Position numbers and translations under genes: made by a program. A stretch of 45,520 nt of DNA, taken from positions 1 through 45,520 of IMG/VR virus record IMGVR_UViG_3300037308_000023. One strand, given 5' to 3'. Positions within the stretch are counted from its first letter, which is position 1, and each line of letters starts with the position of its first letter. This document shows positions 36,468 to 45,135 of this stretch, one piece after another. The notes below the pieces were generated by a model. It was not told the DNA's origin. It saw only the letters and a list, made by a program, of their open reading frames with translations, and searched no databases. Source of the DNA: a virus (lineage: Duplodnaviria > Caudoviricetes).

Positions 36468-36797
36468 TTATGATATCTTTAATAGATTCCAATCAAAGTT
36501 TCTACCAGTCCCAGCTGTCTGAGTTAGTGTACATACCAGCTCAGTATCGATAGGTACTGGTGAGGAATAGACATTCGGCTCTATCTGTTCATGGCTAAAG
36601 ATCCTCTCAAATGCTAGTCTAGAGGTCTTTCCAGAGGCTACCTTAGTCTTCATCCTCAATGTTAGAGAATCTCCAATAGCCATGTTGGATAGGTCTACTA
36701 CCAGTACATAGACAGCCGCAGTAGTCTCTGTATCCAATGTATGTTCAGTAGATATTACAGCAAGTTGAGTTCCAGAACCTACACTTGTAACAGCCAT
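36468..36797 (-). CDS. Putative virion structural protein (all-beta)
   Basis: 109 aa; TLTQTAGTGRNFDW; GGAG RBS. Confidence 0.65.
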   Translation of the reverse strand: MAVTSVGSGTQLAVISTEHTLDTETTAAVYVLVVDLSNMAIGDSLTLRMKTKVASGKTSRLAFERIFSHEQIEPNVYSSPVPIDTELVCTLTQTAGTGRNFDWNLLKIS

Positions 36798-36806
36798 TGT
36801 TAGCTC

Positions 36807-37604
36807 CTACACTAAACCTATTATAGATACATAAGTCTCTCTACCAGTTGAAGTAGATGAACACTTCGCTGCAGCCGATATCCTCACTCCAGATTTAACA
36901 TTAAAAGGTATAACCCATGGATAGGAGTGAACTCCATAGTCATATATACTATTCTGTCCACATATACATCTCTGAGCAATGTCAATCTCACTACCAGCTG
37001 CACCAAGAGCTATCTTTACTGTTCTTGTACAAGTAAGACCTGACGTATAAGTAGGTAAAGCAAATACCAGCAAAGACTTGTAATTTCTAGATGTAGATGA
37101 TACTATCTCAGTATAAGACCCATATGTATCAGCTGTTCCACCAGGATCAACAGAGGTTCCTCTTGAGGACCCTGTTACAGTTCCCATAGTATCACAGGAT
37201 TGAAAAGATTCTGATAGAGTATTATACTTAAGCCCAAGTATTCCCATATTTATCTTAGAGTTCTTATAATCAGACTGGCATCTGAAAGATATCCTTACAC
37301 CTTGCTTAAGCCTAAATGGAAAGTGGATAGGATATACTCCAGAGGAATTATATGCAAACGCCTGGATAGGTATGTTAGCTATTATTATATTCTCACTTCC
37401 AGCAGCACCTATAGCCATGTCTACTAAGAATCTCTGATTATATGAAGAATAAGCGCTTATAAGATAAAATAAGGATATATTATCCGATAGAGAAGATGTA
37501 AGCTGAACATATGATCCTTTGCTGTTATTAGAATTAGGCGCACTTACCTGTATATTATCTTGGTACGCATAGGTAAGATTATCTAATATTGGAAAGTCGC
37601 CCAT
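36807..37604 (-). CDS. Putative virion surface protein, paralogue A (two GAAGSE domains)
   Basis: 265 aa, internally duplicated; clear similarity to the 37604-38401 product. Confidence 0.7.
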   Translation of the reverse strand: MGDFPILDNLTYAYQDNIQVSAPNSNNSKGSYVQLTSSLSDNISLFYLISAYSSYNQRFLVDMAIGAAGSENIIIANIPIQAFAYNSSGVYPIHFPFRLKQGVRISFRCQSDYKNSKINMGILGLKYNTLSESFQSCDTMGTVTGSSRGTSVDPGGTADTYGSYTEIVSSTSRNYKSLLVFALPTYTSGLTCTRTVKIALGAAGSEIDIAQRCICGQNSIYDYGVHSYPWVIPFNVKSGVRISAAAKCSSTSTGRETYVSIIGLV

Positions 37605-38401
37605 TAAGATAGCCCATATAAGATTACGTCAAATAATCTATCAGTTGCATCAGTTGTACCAGAAGATCCACTTACAGCTAGTCTAGACCCACTCTTCACC
37701 CATATAGGGAATGGAGGTGATATAGTTTGAATAGCATTAGGAGCATTACTAGATTGCTCAATGATATATAAGATAGCCTGCTCACTACCTGCAGCTCCTA
37801 TACCAACTCTCACCGTAAAGAATGTGGTCTGCCTAGCATTATTAACTTGATTACCTATACCCACTGCTATAGCTTTGAAATTATCAGATATAGACGCTGA
37901 TATTTCGGTATAAGATCCATAAGTTCCAGAAACTCCTCCGGTATCTATACTTATCCCTCCACTATCAGCTGTATTAGCTCCAAGTGTGGTCATCTTACTA
38001 TAGCTAGGTATTCTTGTATCAAAGTTTATAAGGCTAATACTAATAGTCGCAGTCGCACTACCAGTTGTAGATTGGATCCTGCAAGATATTCTCGTCCCAG
38101 CTTTAATCGATATAGGCAGATGAACTACTGAAGTAGTTCTTGTACTATAAGTAGCTCCTGAGAATATTAGATTCTCAGCTATAACCTGCTCACTACCAGC
38201 GGCTCCAATGGCTATATCAAGTAGATAGTCAGCAGTAGCACTTAATACCTCTAAATACGCTATAAGCCCAGACGCATTTCTGGCCGTAGATGATATAGCC
38301 GCAGAATAAGATCCCTTTGTATTGGCGCTACCAGCTGTGAGTGCAACTGATGCGACTTCAAAGTCTCCTGCAGAGATAGATCTATATGGCCAAATAGTCA
38401 T
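37604..38401 (-). CDS. Putative virion surface protein, paralogue B (two GAAGSE domains)
   Basis: 265 aa; KGSY, IGAAGSE and K.G.R.S motifs each present twice. Confidence 0.7.
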   Translation of the reverse strand: MTIWPYRSISAGDFEVASVALTAGSANTKGSYSAAISSTARNASGLIAYLEVLSATADYLLDIAIGAAGSEQVIAENLIFSGATYSTRTTSVVHLPISIKAGTRISCRIQSTTGSATATISISLINFDTRIPSYSKMTTLGANTADSGGISIDTGGVSGTYGSYTEISASISDNFKAIAVGIGNQVNNARQTTFFTVRVGIGAAGSEQAILYIIEQSSNAPNAIQTISPPFPIWVKSGSRLAVSGSSGTTDATDRLFDVILYGLS

Positions 38402-38419
38402 TTAAAAAATTTAACTCTC
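38397..38419. repeat. Dispersed 23-bp palindrome, copy 19
   Basis: GTCAT TTAAA AAA TTTAA CTCTC; spans the stop at 38411 and the start at 38401. Confidence 0.9.
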
Positions 38420-38782
38420 TTCTCTAGTTCTATGAATCCCTCTCACATACCCACTTAGTTCACCTATCATCTCTCTAATACGCCTAAATTCAATCTGAGC
38501 ATTTTCATCCCTTTTATCAATAGTATTCTTAATATCTTTTATATCTTCTCTCAGAGACTGTATCTCTATAGACATTAATCCAGATGTCATCTTATATTCC
38601 TTTATAGCAATGCAGGATTCAACTACAAGCTTCTTTTGCTCATCATGCTCTGGGCATTCTTTGCAGTCCATCGCTTTCTGTCTTCCAAATGACACTAACC
38701 CAGATTTATGCAATACTATTAGTATAGTGCCGATTAGTGTCAAAGCTCCTATAATAGCTTCTGCAGTTAACGTATAGATCAT
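38411..38782 (-). CDS. Membrane-anchored coiled-coil protein
   Basis: N-terminal hydrophobic helix then heptads; TAATG overlap with the TerL stop. Confidence 0.6.
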   Translation of the reverse strand: MIYTLTAEAIIGALTLIGTILIVLHKSGLVSFGRQKAMDCKECPEHDEQKKLVVESCIAIKEYKMTSGLMSIEIQSLREDIKDIKNTIDKRDENAQIEFRRIREMIGELSGYVRGIHRTREES

Positions 38783-40320
38783 TATGCATATCTCCAACCC
38801 TCAACAGGATTATCATACTCTAGCTCTTTATACTCAGCTTCAGCATTCTCCTCATCTAGGGTAGGAGAAAAGTACCTATCTCCAAGTTCTAGCATCTCAA
38901 TTATATAAGCCTCACAGTCCATTAGATCCCATAGAGCAGATCTGGGAAACATCATAAGTTGTGATTCAAGTTTCTTAATAGTAGCACAAGATGCATTATG
39001 GTAGATATATCCAAGCCTATAATATGGAACAAGTTCTTTTATACGAAGTTCCTTTTTCTTTCCTCCTCTAGCATTTAGCCAGATGAATTCAAAGAACTTG
39101 CCTCGTTTGAACATCTCATTTTTAATAGGTTGTTTAATAAACTCGTTAAGAGAGGTAACTTCAACTCCTACTGCCTTAGCACCTAAATTTATAGCCATCC
39201 CAAATAAAGCTGAATAAATCTCATCAGGGTACATCTTCTCTGATATAGCATCTCTAATATAAAGCTTTGCACTTTGTAAATCTATACCAACTCCTAATAT
39301 AGCAGACTCAGCTGAGTGAATTTTAACAGTTTTTGCAGGATCTAAAATAACCACTGTCTCAATAGTTTTACTATCAAAGATCTCTGCATCAGTTAAGTCT
39401 ATATCATTCTCACTCTTTGGATGGCTTAAAGGCAGATTATAGTAATGAAAATATTCTTTCTTAAATGATGCATCTTTGGTTGATATAGGGAGATTGCGAA
39501 GTTCCCTAAAGAATACATCAGTTTGACCAGCACTTTGATGTTCTTCCCACTCTCTCATAATCTCATCATCAGAGATAAAGTGAGGGGCAGTTGATTTAAA
39601 GTTATCATCACAAGCTTCAAGTCTGACAGACTCCCAATCAGGCGAGCTTAACAGTTTTTGAAGAATGGAATCCTCATGCTTAAGTGTGTCTATATATACT
39701 ATTTTCCAGTTTCTATGAAGCCGAGGAACGGCTTTAAGAACATCTGCATAAAGCCATTGGAATTGAGATTTTCTAATCTCGGGATTCTCAATCTCTTTTG
39801 GATCTTCTAAATCATCTATAACAATAAGTCCAGGTCGATCATTCTTGAATAAAACTCCACGAACTTGTTGTCCAGCTCCACGTGGCCAGATAAGTGAATC
39901 ATAAGCCACCCATGCTTTCTTGCTGAAGACTTCTTCAAACTCATGCTTATTTACATCTCGCTGTCTGAAATCTCCAAAGTAGTGTTTTATCATCTTATTA
40001 GTTACTAACTCACGGCGAAGATTCTCAGTCTGAAGTGATGCAGCATCGTGACTTTTGTTAATATAGCAGATAAATTGAACATGCTTGAATAAGATGTATC
40101 TAGCTATAAATGCAAGAGCAACTATGGAAGTCTTACCCCATCCGCGAGGAGCAGCTATGGCCACCTTGTTAGCTGGTCCATCTATAAGATCAAATATCTT
40201 CTGATGTACATTATACGCAAAAGGTTGACTAAATCGCTCAGGGAAGAAAGTCTTAGCAACAGCTCTAGTACTTATAGAACACAATGATAGTATTTCTGAT
40301 ATTTCTGAATCTTGTTCCAT
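38782..40320 (-). CDS. terL: Terminase large subunit
   Basis: Walker A APRGWGKT, Walker B LIVIDDLE, nuclease ILDPA, FPRS..WDLMD. Confidence 0.93.
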   Translation of the reverse strand: MEQDSEISEILSLCSISTRAVAKTFFPERFSQPFAYNVHQKIFDLIDGPANKVAIAAPRGWGKTSIVALAFIARYILFKHVQFICYINKSHDAASLQTENLRRELVTNKMIKHYFGDFRQRDVNKHEFEEVFSKKAWVAYDSLIWPRGAGQQVRGVLFKNDRPGLIVIDDLEDPKEIENPEIRKSQFQWLYADVLKAVPRLHRNWKIVYIDTLKHEDSILQKLLSSPDWESVRLEACDDNFKSTAPHFISDDEIMREWEEHQSAGQTDVFFRELRNLPISTKDASFKKEYFHYYNLPLSHPKSENDIDLTDAEIFDSKTIETVVILDPAKTVKIHSAESAILGVGIDLQSAKLYIRDAISEKMYPDEIYSALFGMAINLGAKAVGVEVTSLNEFIKQPIKNEMFKRGKFFEFIWLNARGGKKKELRIKELVPYYRLGYIYHNASCATIKKLESQLMMFPRSALWDLMDCEAYIIEMLELGDRYFSPTLDEENAEAEYKELEYDNPVEGWRYA

Positions 40321-40321
40321 A

Positions 40322-40344
40322 GTGGATTAAATTTTTTAACTCAC
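40322..40344. repeat. Dispersed 23-bp palindrome, copy 20
   Basis: GTGGA TTAAA TTT TTTAA CTCAC; contains the stop at 40336-40338. Confidence 0.9.
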
Positions 40345-41307
40345 TTCCCAAGGTTTTTTAGTTATCAATTCTTGATAAGAATACTTTTTCACATCCATAA
40401 GCCATTCATGCTCAGCTTTAGCTAGACCAACAGCCTTGTTCCAATAATCATCTACTTTTATATTATGCCTATTAGTAAACTGTTCTTCACCTAGCTTAGA
40501 TAATTCATAACCTAACTCATTACCAGCTAAAACCGCATTAGCTACAAGTACTCCAAATCCATGAGGGTAGTTACCATTAGCTGTGTAAGTCCTATACTTA
40601 TACTGACCGAGGGCTATTACATCTGGAGTATATGGACCTATATGAATAATAGGATCAGTAATTATAGCCCAATTATCATATCCTAACATTAATGACTTAA
40701 CTTGCTGAAGTGCTTCTGCCCCACCCCAAGATAGCATAGCATTAGCATGAGTACCATAGCCTTTTAAGATGTTTAAGTACCAATCTCTCCTACAGATCCA
40801 AGGCATAAACTTCCAATACATTTTCCTTTGTACTGTATAAGATCCATCCCAACCTCCATTTGGTAGTCCATGAGGACTGACTTTCAAGGTATGCTTTATA
40901 GCAGCTGGACCTTGATGAGCCCATCTGATAGGTGGATGGCCAAAGCCTAGGTTAGGATCATCAGCTTTAGAATCCATGAAGGCTACTGAGTCCTTCAGTG
41001 TATTAAATCCAAATAGGACATGAGAGTCTACACAAAATATATACTCACCAGTAGCAACTTCAGCTGCATTCATACGTGCACTAGTGAAGCAAGGTCTATT
41101 CTGATTTATAACCTTTACTAATTTACTCTTTACCCATCCATTAGGTATTGCAACTGAGAGAAGCTTATGATGGCTAGTATCTGAATTATCACAGATAACA
41201 ATTTCAGCCTTACAGGTTAAAGACTTAAATGCCTCTATACAGCTATTTATAGTAATGTTAAGTGGAACTATATCGTTCCTATTACTTATGATTACCGAAA
41301 GCTTCAT
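40336..41307 (-). CDS. Glycosyltransferase family 2 (GT-A fold)
   Basis: LSVIISNRND, EIVICDNS, ARMNAAEVATGEYIFCVDSH, WGGAE. Confidence 0.88.
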   Translation of the reverse strand: MKLSVIISNRNDIVPLNITINSCIEAFKSLTCKAEIVICDNSDTSHHKLLSVAIPNGWVKSKLVKVINQNRPCFTSARMNAAEVATGEYIFCVDSHVLFGFNTLKDSVAFMDSKADDPNLGFGHPPIRWAHQGPAAIKHTLKVSPHGLPNGGWDGSYTVQRKMYWKFMPWICRRDWYLNILKGYGTHANAMLSWGGAEALQQVKSLMLGYDNWAIITDPIIHIGPYTPDVIALGQYKYRTYTANGNYPHGFGVLVANAVLAGNELGYELSKLGEEQFTNRHNIKVDDYWNKAVGLAKAEHEWLMDVKKYSYQELITKKPWEVS

Positions 41308-41925
41308 TTATAATCTTTCTAACATATATACTATTTTATATCTATTATCCCAAAGTTTATAATTTTTGGTAGTAATATTATAGCTTATAAACATATTAGT
41401 AATTTTAGAAGTCATCTCAGGATGAGATTGCCAATTCATTCTGAAAGCACCTTCTGTACCTTTAATATATCTATAAGCTATCTTCTCTTTCCCATCTACT
41501 ACCCAGTTATTTATATCAAAAGAGACTTTCTTTGGGCTAGCTTTCAAAATACTATCAAATACAAAATCTTGTTCTTCATTAGTAAGATGTATTAAGACAG
41601 CTGAGCATATGATAGATTCCTGAAGATGGTTTATAGAAGATTTCGTCAGATCATGGATATAGACATTAGATGAAAATCTTGGAAATCTTTCAATAAATCT
41701 ATTAACCATATCAGGTGAGCTGTCATAACCGATATAGTTGATATCTGGACCTTCTGAGTTAATTAAAAAATTTAAGAATCTTCCAAATCCGCATCCTAGG
41801 TCTAACCAGCTTTTACAATCCTTTATTGCAAACTTATACATATCGCTAGAATAGTCCGGCACTTTAAGTCCCCACAACTTTTCAGCTCTTATAACTTCAG
41901 GTTCAGACCATTTGTTGACTTGCAT
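41308..41925 (-). CDS. Class I SAM-dependent methyltransferase
   Basis: LDLGCGFGRF, GYDSSPDM, AVLIHL; start likely ATG 41925. Confidence 0.88.
   Translation of the reverse strand: MQVNKWSEPEVIRAEKLWGLKVPDYSSDMYKFAIKDCKSWLDLGCGFGRFLNFLINSEGPDINYIGYDSSPDMVNRFIERFPRFSSNVYIHDLTKSSINHLQESIICSAVLIHLTNEEQDFVFDSILKASPKKVSFDINNWVVDGKEKIAYRYIKGTEGAFRMNWQSHPEMTSKITNMFISYNITTKNYKLWDNRYKIVYMLERL
41758..41780. repeat. Dispersed 23-bp palindrome, copy 21 (intragenic)
   Basis: GTTAA TTAAA AAA TTTAA GAATC inside the methyltransferase gene. Confidence 0.85.
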
Positions 41926-42736
41926 AGTTCCTCTTGAACCATTGGAAAGTCTCATATATACCGGACTCGATATCTACGAAAGTCGACAGATCACTCTTCA
42001 CTTCCAGAGGTCGTCTGACTTCTCCATTTATAAACTGCTCATATCTAATCTCCGGAGTGAAGTCTATTAACTCATTCGATACAGAAGATATGATCTCAGC
42101 TATCCTCGATATGGTAGTAAGCTTTCCAGTAGTTATAAATCCCTCTTTCTGATGGGTGATAGATTTAACCACATCCTTTACATTGATAAAATCTCGGACT
42201 TGGCTACCGTCTCCATAGATTACGATTGGCTCTCTATTGATGCATCTCTTAATAAAAGATGGAATTACACTGTTTTTCTTAATTGAGTGTGGCCCATAAA
42301 CACTTGATAGCTTAAGAATCTTTATATTTACACCATAGCTAGATTTATATGCTTGACAAAGTGCTTCACAGGCTCTTTTCGATGCTAGATATGGAGATTC
42401 GGAGAGGTCAGAACTGGCTGATGAGGTGAATATTAGATGTTTAAAGTTTTCAGATCTAAGTTGATCTAAACAGTTGAGCATGCCAAGACAGTTTCTAGAT
42501 ATAGATCTACGGGGATGGGCTATAGAATAACGGACATTTGTCTCTGAAGCTAGATGAACTAGCATATGGCCTGAGATATAGTATAATGGCAAAGTTACAT
42601 CTGTATATAAAGCATCCAGAGACCAAGGATATCTAGCAGGAGTGATATCTAAGACTCTAAACATAATCTGTTGCTTAGATAATTCATAGCACAGATTAGT
42701 ACCTATAAAACCATGTCCACCAGTAATTAAGCACAT
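41903..42736 (-). CDS. NAD-dependent nucleotide-sugar epimerase/dehydratase
   Basis: TGGHGFIG, HLA, TSS, YLASK, VYGP, YGDGSQVRDFINVKD. Confidence 0.92.
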   Translation of the reverse strand: MCLITGGHGFIGTNLCYELSKQQIMFRVLDITPARYPWSLDALYTDVTLPLYYISGHMLVHLASETNVRYSIAHPRRSISRNCLGMLNCLDQLRSENFKHLIFTSSASSDLSESPYLASKRACEALCQAYKSSYGVNIKILKLSSVYGPHSIKKNSVIPSFIKRCINREPIVIYGDGSQVRDFINVKDVVKSITHQKEGFITTGKLTTISRIAEIISSVSNELIDFTPEIRYEQFINGEVRRPLEVKSDLSTFVDIESGIYETFQWFKRNYASQQMV

Positions 42737-42738
42737 AG

Positions 42739-42915
42739 TTAAGAGTCCTGAATAAATATAGATATCATCATATAGATAACTATCAACCCATCTACAAAGT
42801 CATCATACTGACCTTCTCCGAATCTTAGTCCAAACAATGCTAAGAGACCTATAATTCCTTTATAGGTACTTGGCTGCTTTAGAAGTTCGAGGAGTTTTTC
42901 TAACTTTTTCATCAT
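42739..42915 (-). CDS. Small two-helix membrane protein, holin-like (58 aa), not in the ORF track
   Basis: MMKKLEKLLELLKQPSTYKGIIGLLALFGLRFGEGQYDDFVDGLIVIYMMISIFIQDS fills the gap between genes. Confidence 0.6.
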   Translation of the reverse strand: MMKKLEKLLELLKQPSTYKGIIGLLALFGLRFGEGQYDDFVDGLIVIYMMISIFIQDS

Positions 42916-42919
42916 ATTA

Positions 42920-42942
42920 GTGTGTTAAATTTTTTAATCCAC
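42920..42942. repeat. Dispersed 23-bp palindrome, copy 22
   Basis: GTGTG TTAAA TTT TTTAA TCCAC, intergenic. Confidence 0.9.
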
Positions 42943-42949
42943 TTGGCGA

Positions 42950-43204
42950 TTAGCAGATATCAATCTTGGTTCGCTCAAGTAATGAGCTTGCAAGTGTGAT
43001 AGATACATTACCATCAAGACTTTGGTCAAATATGATCTCTCCAGGTTGAATCTTCAGCTTAGGAGAGAAATTGGTGATGATAGTGTTGATAAAGCCAATG
43101 ATCTCATCTGCTGTAAGCTTTCCATCTGCCAATGCAGCACAGATACCATTAGCAATAGCAAGACCAAATCCAATGTATTGGAAGACACCTAGATTAAATC
43201 CCAT
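42950..43204 (-). CDS. Hypothetical protein with hydrophobic N-terminus
   Basis: 84 aa; ADGKLTADEI. Confidence 0.65.
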   Translation of the reverse strand: MGFNLGVFQYIGFGLAIANGICAALADGKLTADEIIGFINTIITNFSPKLKIQPGEIIFDQSLDGNVSITLASSLLERTKIDIC

Positions 43205-43207
43205 TAG

Positions 43208-43636
43208 TCATTCTCCCTTCAAGTTCATAGGTTTCTTAGGTGATTGGTAGTAGTTAACACCAAAAGGCACTCCACCAAAGCAGACTAGCGGATCATTAGA
43301 CCAAGAGATAGCTGACTCTGATACCTTCTCAGTGCCAACATATCTGATAGTTTTGACACCTAGATAATATGCTCCTTCGACAGTAAAAGTGATAGTCTTG
43401 CTAAGTTCAGTAATCTCACCTTGATATGCAGTACCTTCTGTAGCGGTAGATAGCTTGATATAAGGCTGATATTTGATAGTGCTACCAGATGGGATAGGTG
43501 ATCCATCTTCAAGCTTTGTCACTGCCTCCCATGAGAAAGTCTTCTGATTCGCAGTGTACCAGACCTCACAGGCACCTATGGATGAGAGTGATAGAAGGGT
43601 AAAGCAGAGTATTAGTGCAATCAACAGCTTTTTCAT
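43208..43636 (-). CDS. Secreted protein with signal peptide and FN3/Ig-like domain
   Basis: MKKLLIALILCFTLLSLSSIGA; TFSWEAV..DGS....Y; YYLGVK; ESAISWS. Confidence 0.65.
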   Translation of the reverse strand: MKKLLIALILCFTLLSLSSIGACEVWYTANQKTFSWEAVTKLEDGSPIPSGSTIKYQPYIKLSTATEGTAYQGEITELSKTITFTVEGAYYLGVKTIRYVGTEKVSESAISWSNDPLVCFGGVPFGVNYYQSPKKPMNLKGE

Positions 43637-44172
43637 ATTCTGTCTCCTTCATTAATGTTAAAGCCTGATTCTCTTATAGCCTCCATTCCTCTCCTCTTAA
43701 AATCATTAATTTCTTCAATCGTAGCATGAGCATGGAGTGATCGAGTATCGACTTTGGTAGGAGCTCTCATTCCAGCGATGTCTAAGGTAATCGTATCAGC
43801 AGTTTTTTTCTTCAACTCACTGTCGACCCCAGGAGAATCAAATATTGCGTGATAGGTGTCTAAAGCTTTAATAGTTAGAGCCTTCACATGCTCAGATACT
43901 TTTGTATAATGCTCGTCTCGTTCTCCTCTAAGCTCTGATAACTTCTCTCTACCAAGAGTCGAGTTAAGTGTATTACTAACAGTCTGAGGAGTAATGTTAA
44001 GTATTTTAGCTATCTCAGTATTCTTAAGTCCTTGGATAGCTAGACCAAGAATCTCATGTGAGCGCTGCCAGAGCTGCTTTATGTCGTAAGAATGCTCACG
44101 GTCAGATCTCCTATTATCGACCTCTCTAAATTCAAATCCATAAAGTGATACTTGTTTATCTGAGTCTATCAC
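43633..44172 (-). CDS. HTH protein, probable terminase small subunit
   Basis: GLKNTEIAKILNITPQTVSNTLNS HTH followed by helices; near the start of the late arm. Confidence 0.65.
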   Translation of the reverse strand: MIDSDKQVSLYGFEFREVDNRRSDREHSYDIKQLWQRSHEILGLAIQGLKNTEIAKILNITPQTVSNTLNSTLGREKLSELRGERDEHYTKVSEHVKALTIKALDTYHAIFDSPGVDSELKKKTADTITLDIAGMRAPTKVDTRSLHAHATIEEINDFKRRGMEAIRESGFNINEGDRI

Positions 44173-44344
44173 TGTACTTCTCCCACCACTTCTTCTCAGC
44201 CTTAGGCTTTGGTTTCTGAACTTCCGGCTTCGGTGTCGGTGTCGGAGTTTGGATCTTCACAGAATCGCTATCCCCTAACATCTCACTAAGTTCCCGATCT
44301 ATAACACTCCTCGATTTGATATAAGAACTAACTCCCTTAGTCAC
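44156..44344 (-). CDS. Hypothetical protein
   Basis: 62 aa, GTG start with GAGGAGGTGA RBS, first gene after the consensus promoter. Confidence 0.6.
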   Translation of the reverse strand: MTKGVSSYIKSRSVIDRELSEMLGDSDSVKIQTPTPTPKPEVQKPKPKAEKKWWEKYSDRLR

Positions 44345-44374
44345 TATCTATCACCTCCTCTCTCTACCTACTCC

Positions 44375-44403
44375 ATTATATAAAACTCAGTAGTAAATGT
44401 CAA
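44375..44403 (-). promoter_or_regulatory. Perfect-consensus sigma70-type promoter for the virion arm
   Basis: Minus strand TTGACA, 17-nt spacer, TATAAT. Confidence 0.88.
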
Positions 44404-44452
44404 CGTAATTCTCCGTATAATCAATATCCCTCATCTATGATATAGTTGTAAT

Positions 44453-44468
44453 TGTACAAATTTGTACA
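44453..44468. promoter_or_regulatory. Perfect 16-bp palindrome between divergent promoters, candidate operator
   Basis: TGTACAAATTTGTACA. Confidence 0.45.
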
Positions 44469-44591
44469 TTTAATTATAGATTCTGGGACAAAATTTGAAG
44501 GGGCTAACCCGGCGGACTATTGGCTACATACTCCCCATATGCCGGCTGGCTAGTATGTAACACTGAATAAACCGTATGATCATAAAATACC

Positions 44592-44619
44592 TTGACATAT
44601 TGTATCAGTCTGATATGAT
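44592..44619 (+). promoter_or_regulatory. Putative sigma70-type promoter with extended -10
   Basis: TTGACA, 16-nt spacer ending TGA, TATGAT. Confidence 0.7.
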
Positions 44620-44699
44620 GTATCCAGGTTGTTGGGTAGTTTCAGATCTTTGAAAATCTAAGCCATTAAATCGTTTAGGTCTAATGGCTATGTAGAATG

Positions 44700-45125
44700 G
44701 CTAGTGTATCGCTAAATAACCTAGCAAAAGCATAGGAGAATATCATGGCGAATACACTCGGACAACTTATCGGCAAAGTAGCGCACTCATTTTCAATTAC
44801 TAATGACAACAAAGAATCAGTTCAGTTGACCATAGAACTGGACTTTGCGAGTGCCTCTGATTCTCAGATTAGGTCATGGCTTGCTAGTAACAGGACTATA
44901 GCAGGTCAGAGAGTATGGCGAGCTATGAATATCGGAGAACTTCGGAAACTAAATGGAGCTGTATTTGAGGCTACTAGCATCGGTCGAAAGGTCCAGACCG
45001 ATGAGGAGAAGTTCCGAACTGGGATAGCAGCACTCCGTGCTATCGGCATGAATGCCCAAGCAGATGAACTAGAAAAAGAATGGATGAGCTCTAGAGGCTA
45101 AAGAAACTAAAAGCGATACACTAGC
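44700..45125. repeat. 14-bp perfect inverted repeat flanking the 44745 ORF
   Basis: GCTAGTGTATCGCT (44700-44713) and AGCGATACACTAGC (45112-45125). Confidence 0.85.
44745..45101 (+). CDS. Hypothetical protein, stand-alone transcription unit
   Basis: 118 aa, AGGAG RBS, own promoter and terminator. Confidence 0.8.
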   Translation: MANTLGQLIGKVAHSFSITNDNKESVQLTIELDFASASDSQIRSWLASNRTIAGQRVWRAMNIGELRKLNGAVFEATSIGRKVQTDEEKFRTGIAALRAIGMNAQADELEKEWMSSRG

Positions 45126-45135
45126 TGTTAACATT

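Noticed and set aside
36807-38401. Diversity-generating retroelement acting on the paralogous genes
   Set aside because: No reverse transcriptase and no near-identical TR/VR nucleotide pair. The similarity is old and at protein level.
44700-45125. Retron a1/a2 repeats or IS terminal inverted repeats
   Set aside because: No reverse transcriptase or transposase in the genome, and no target-site duplication seen.
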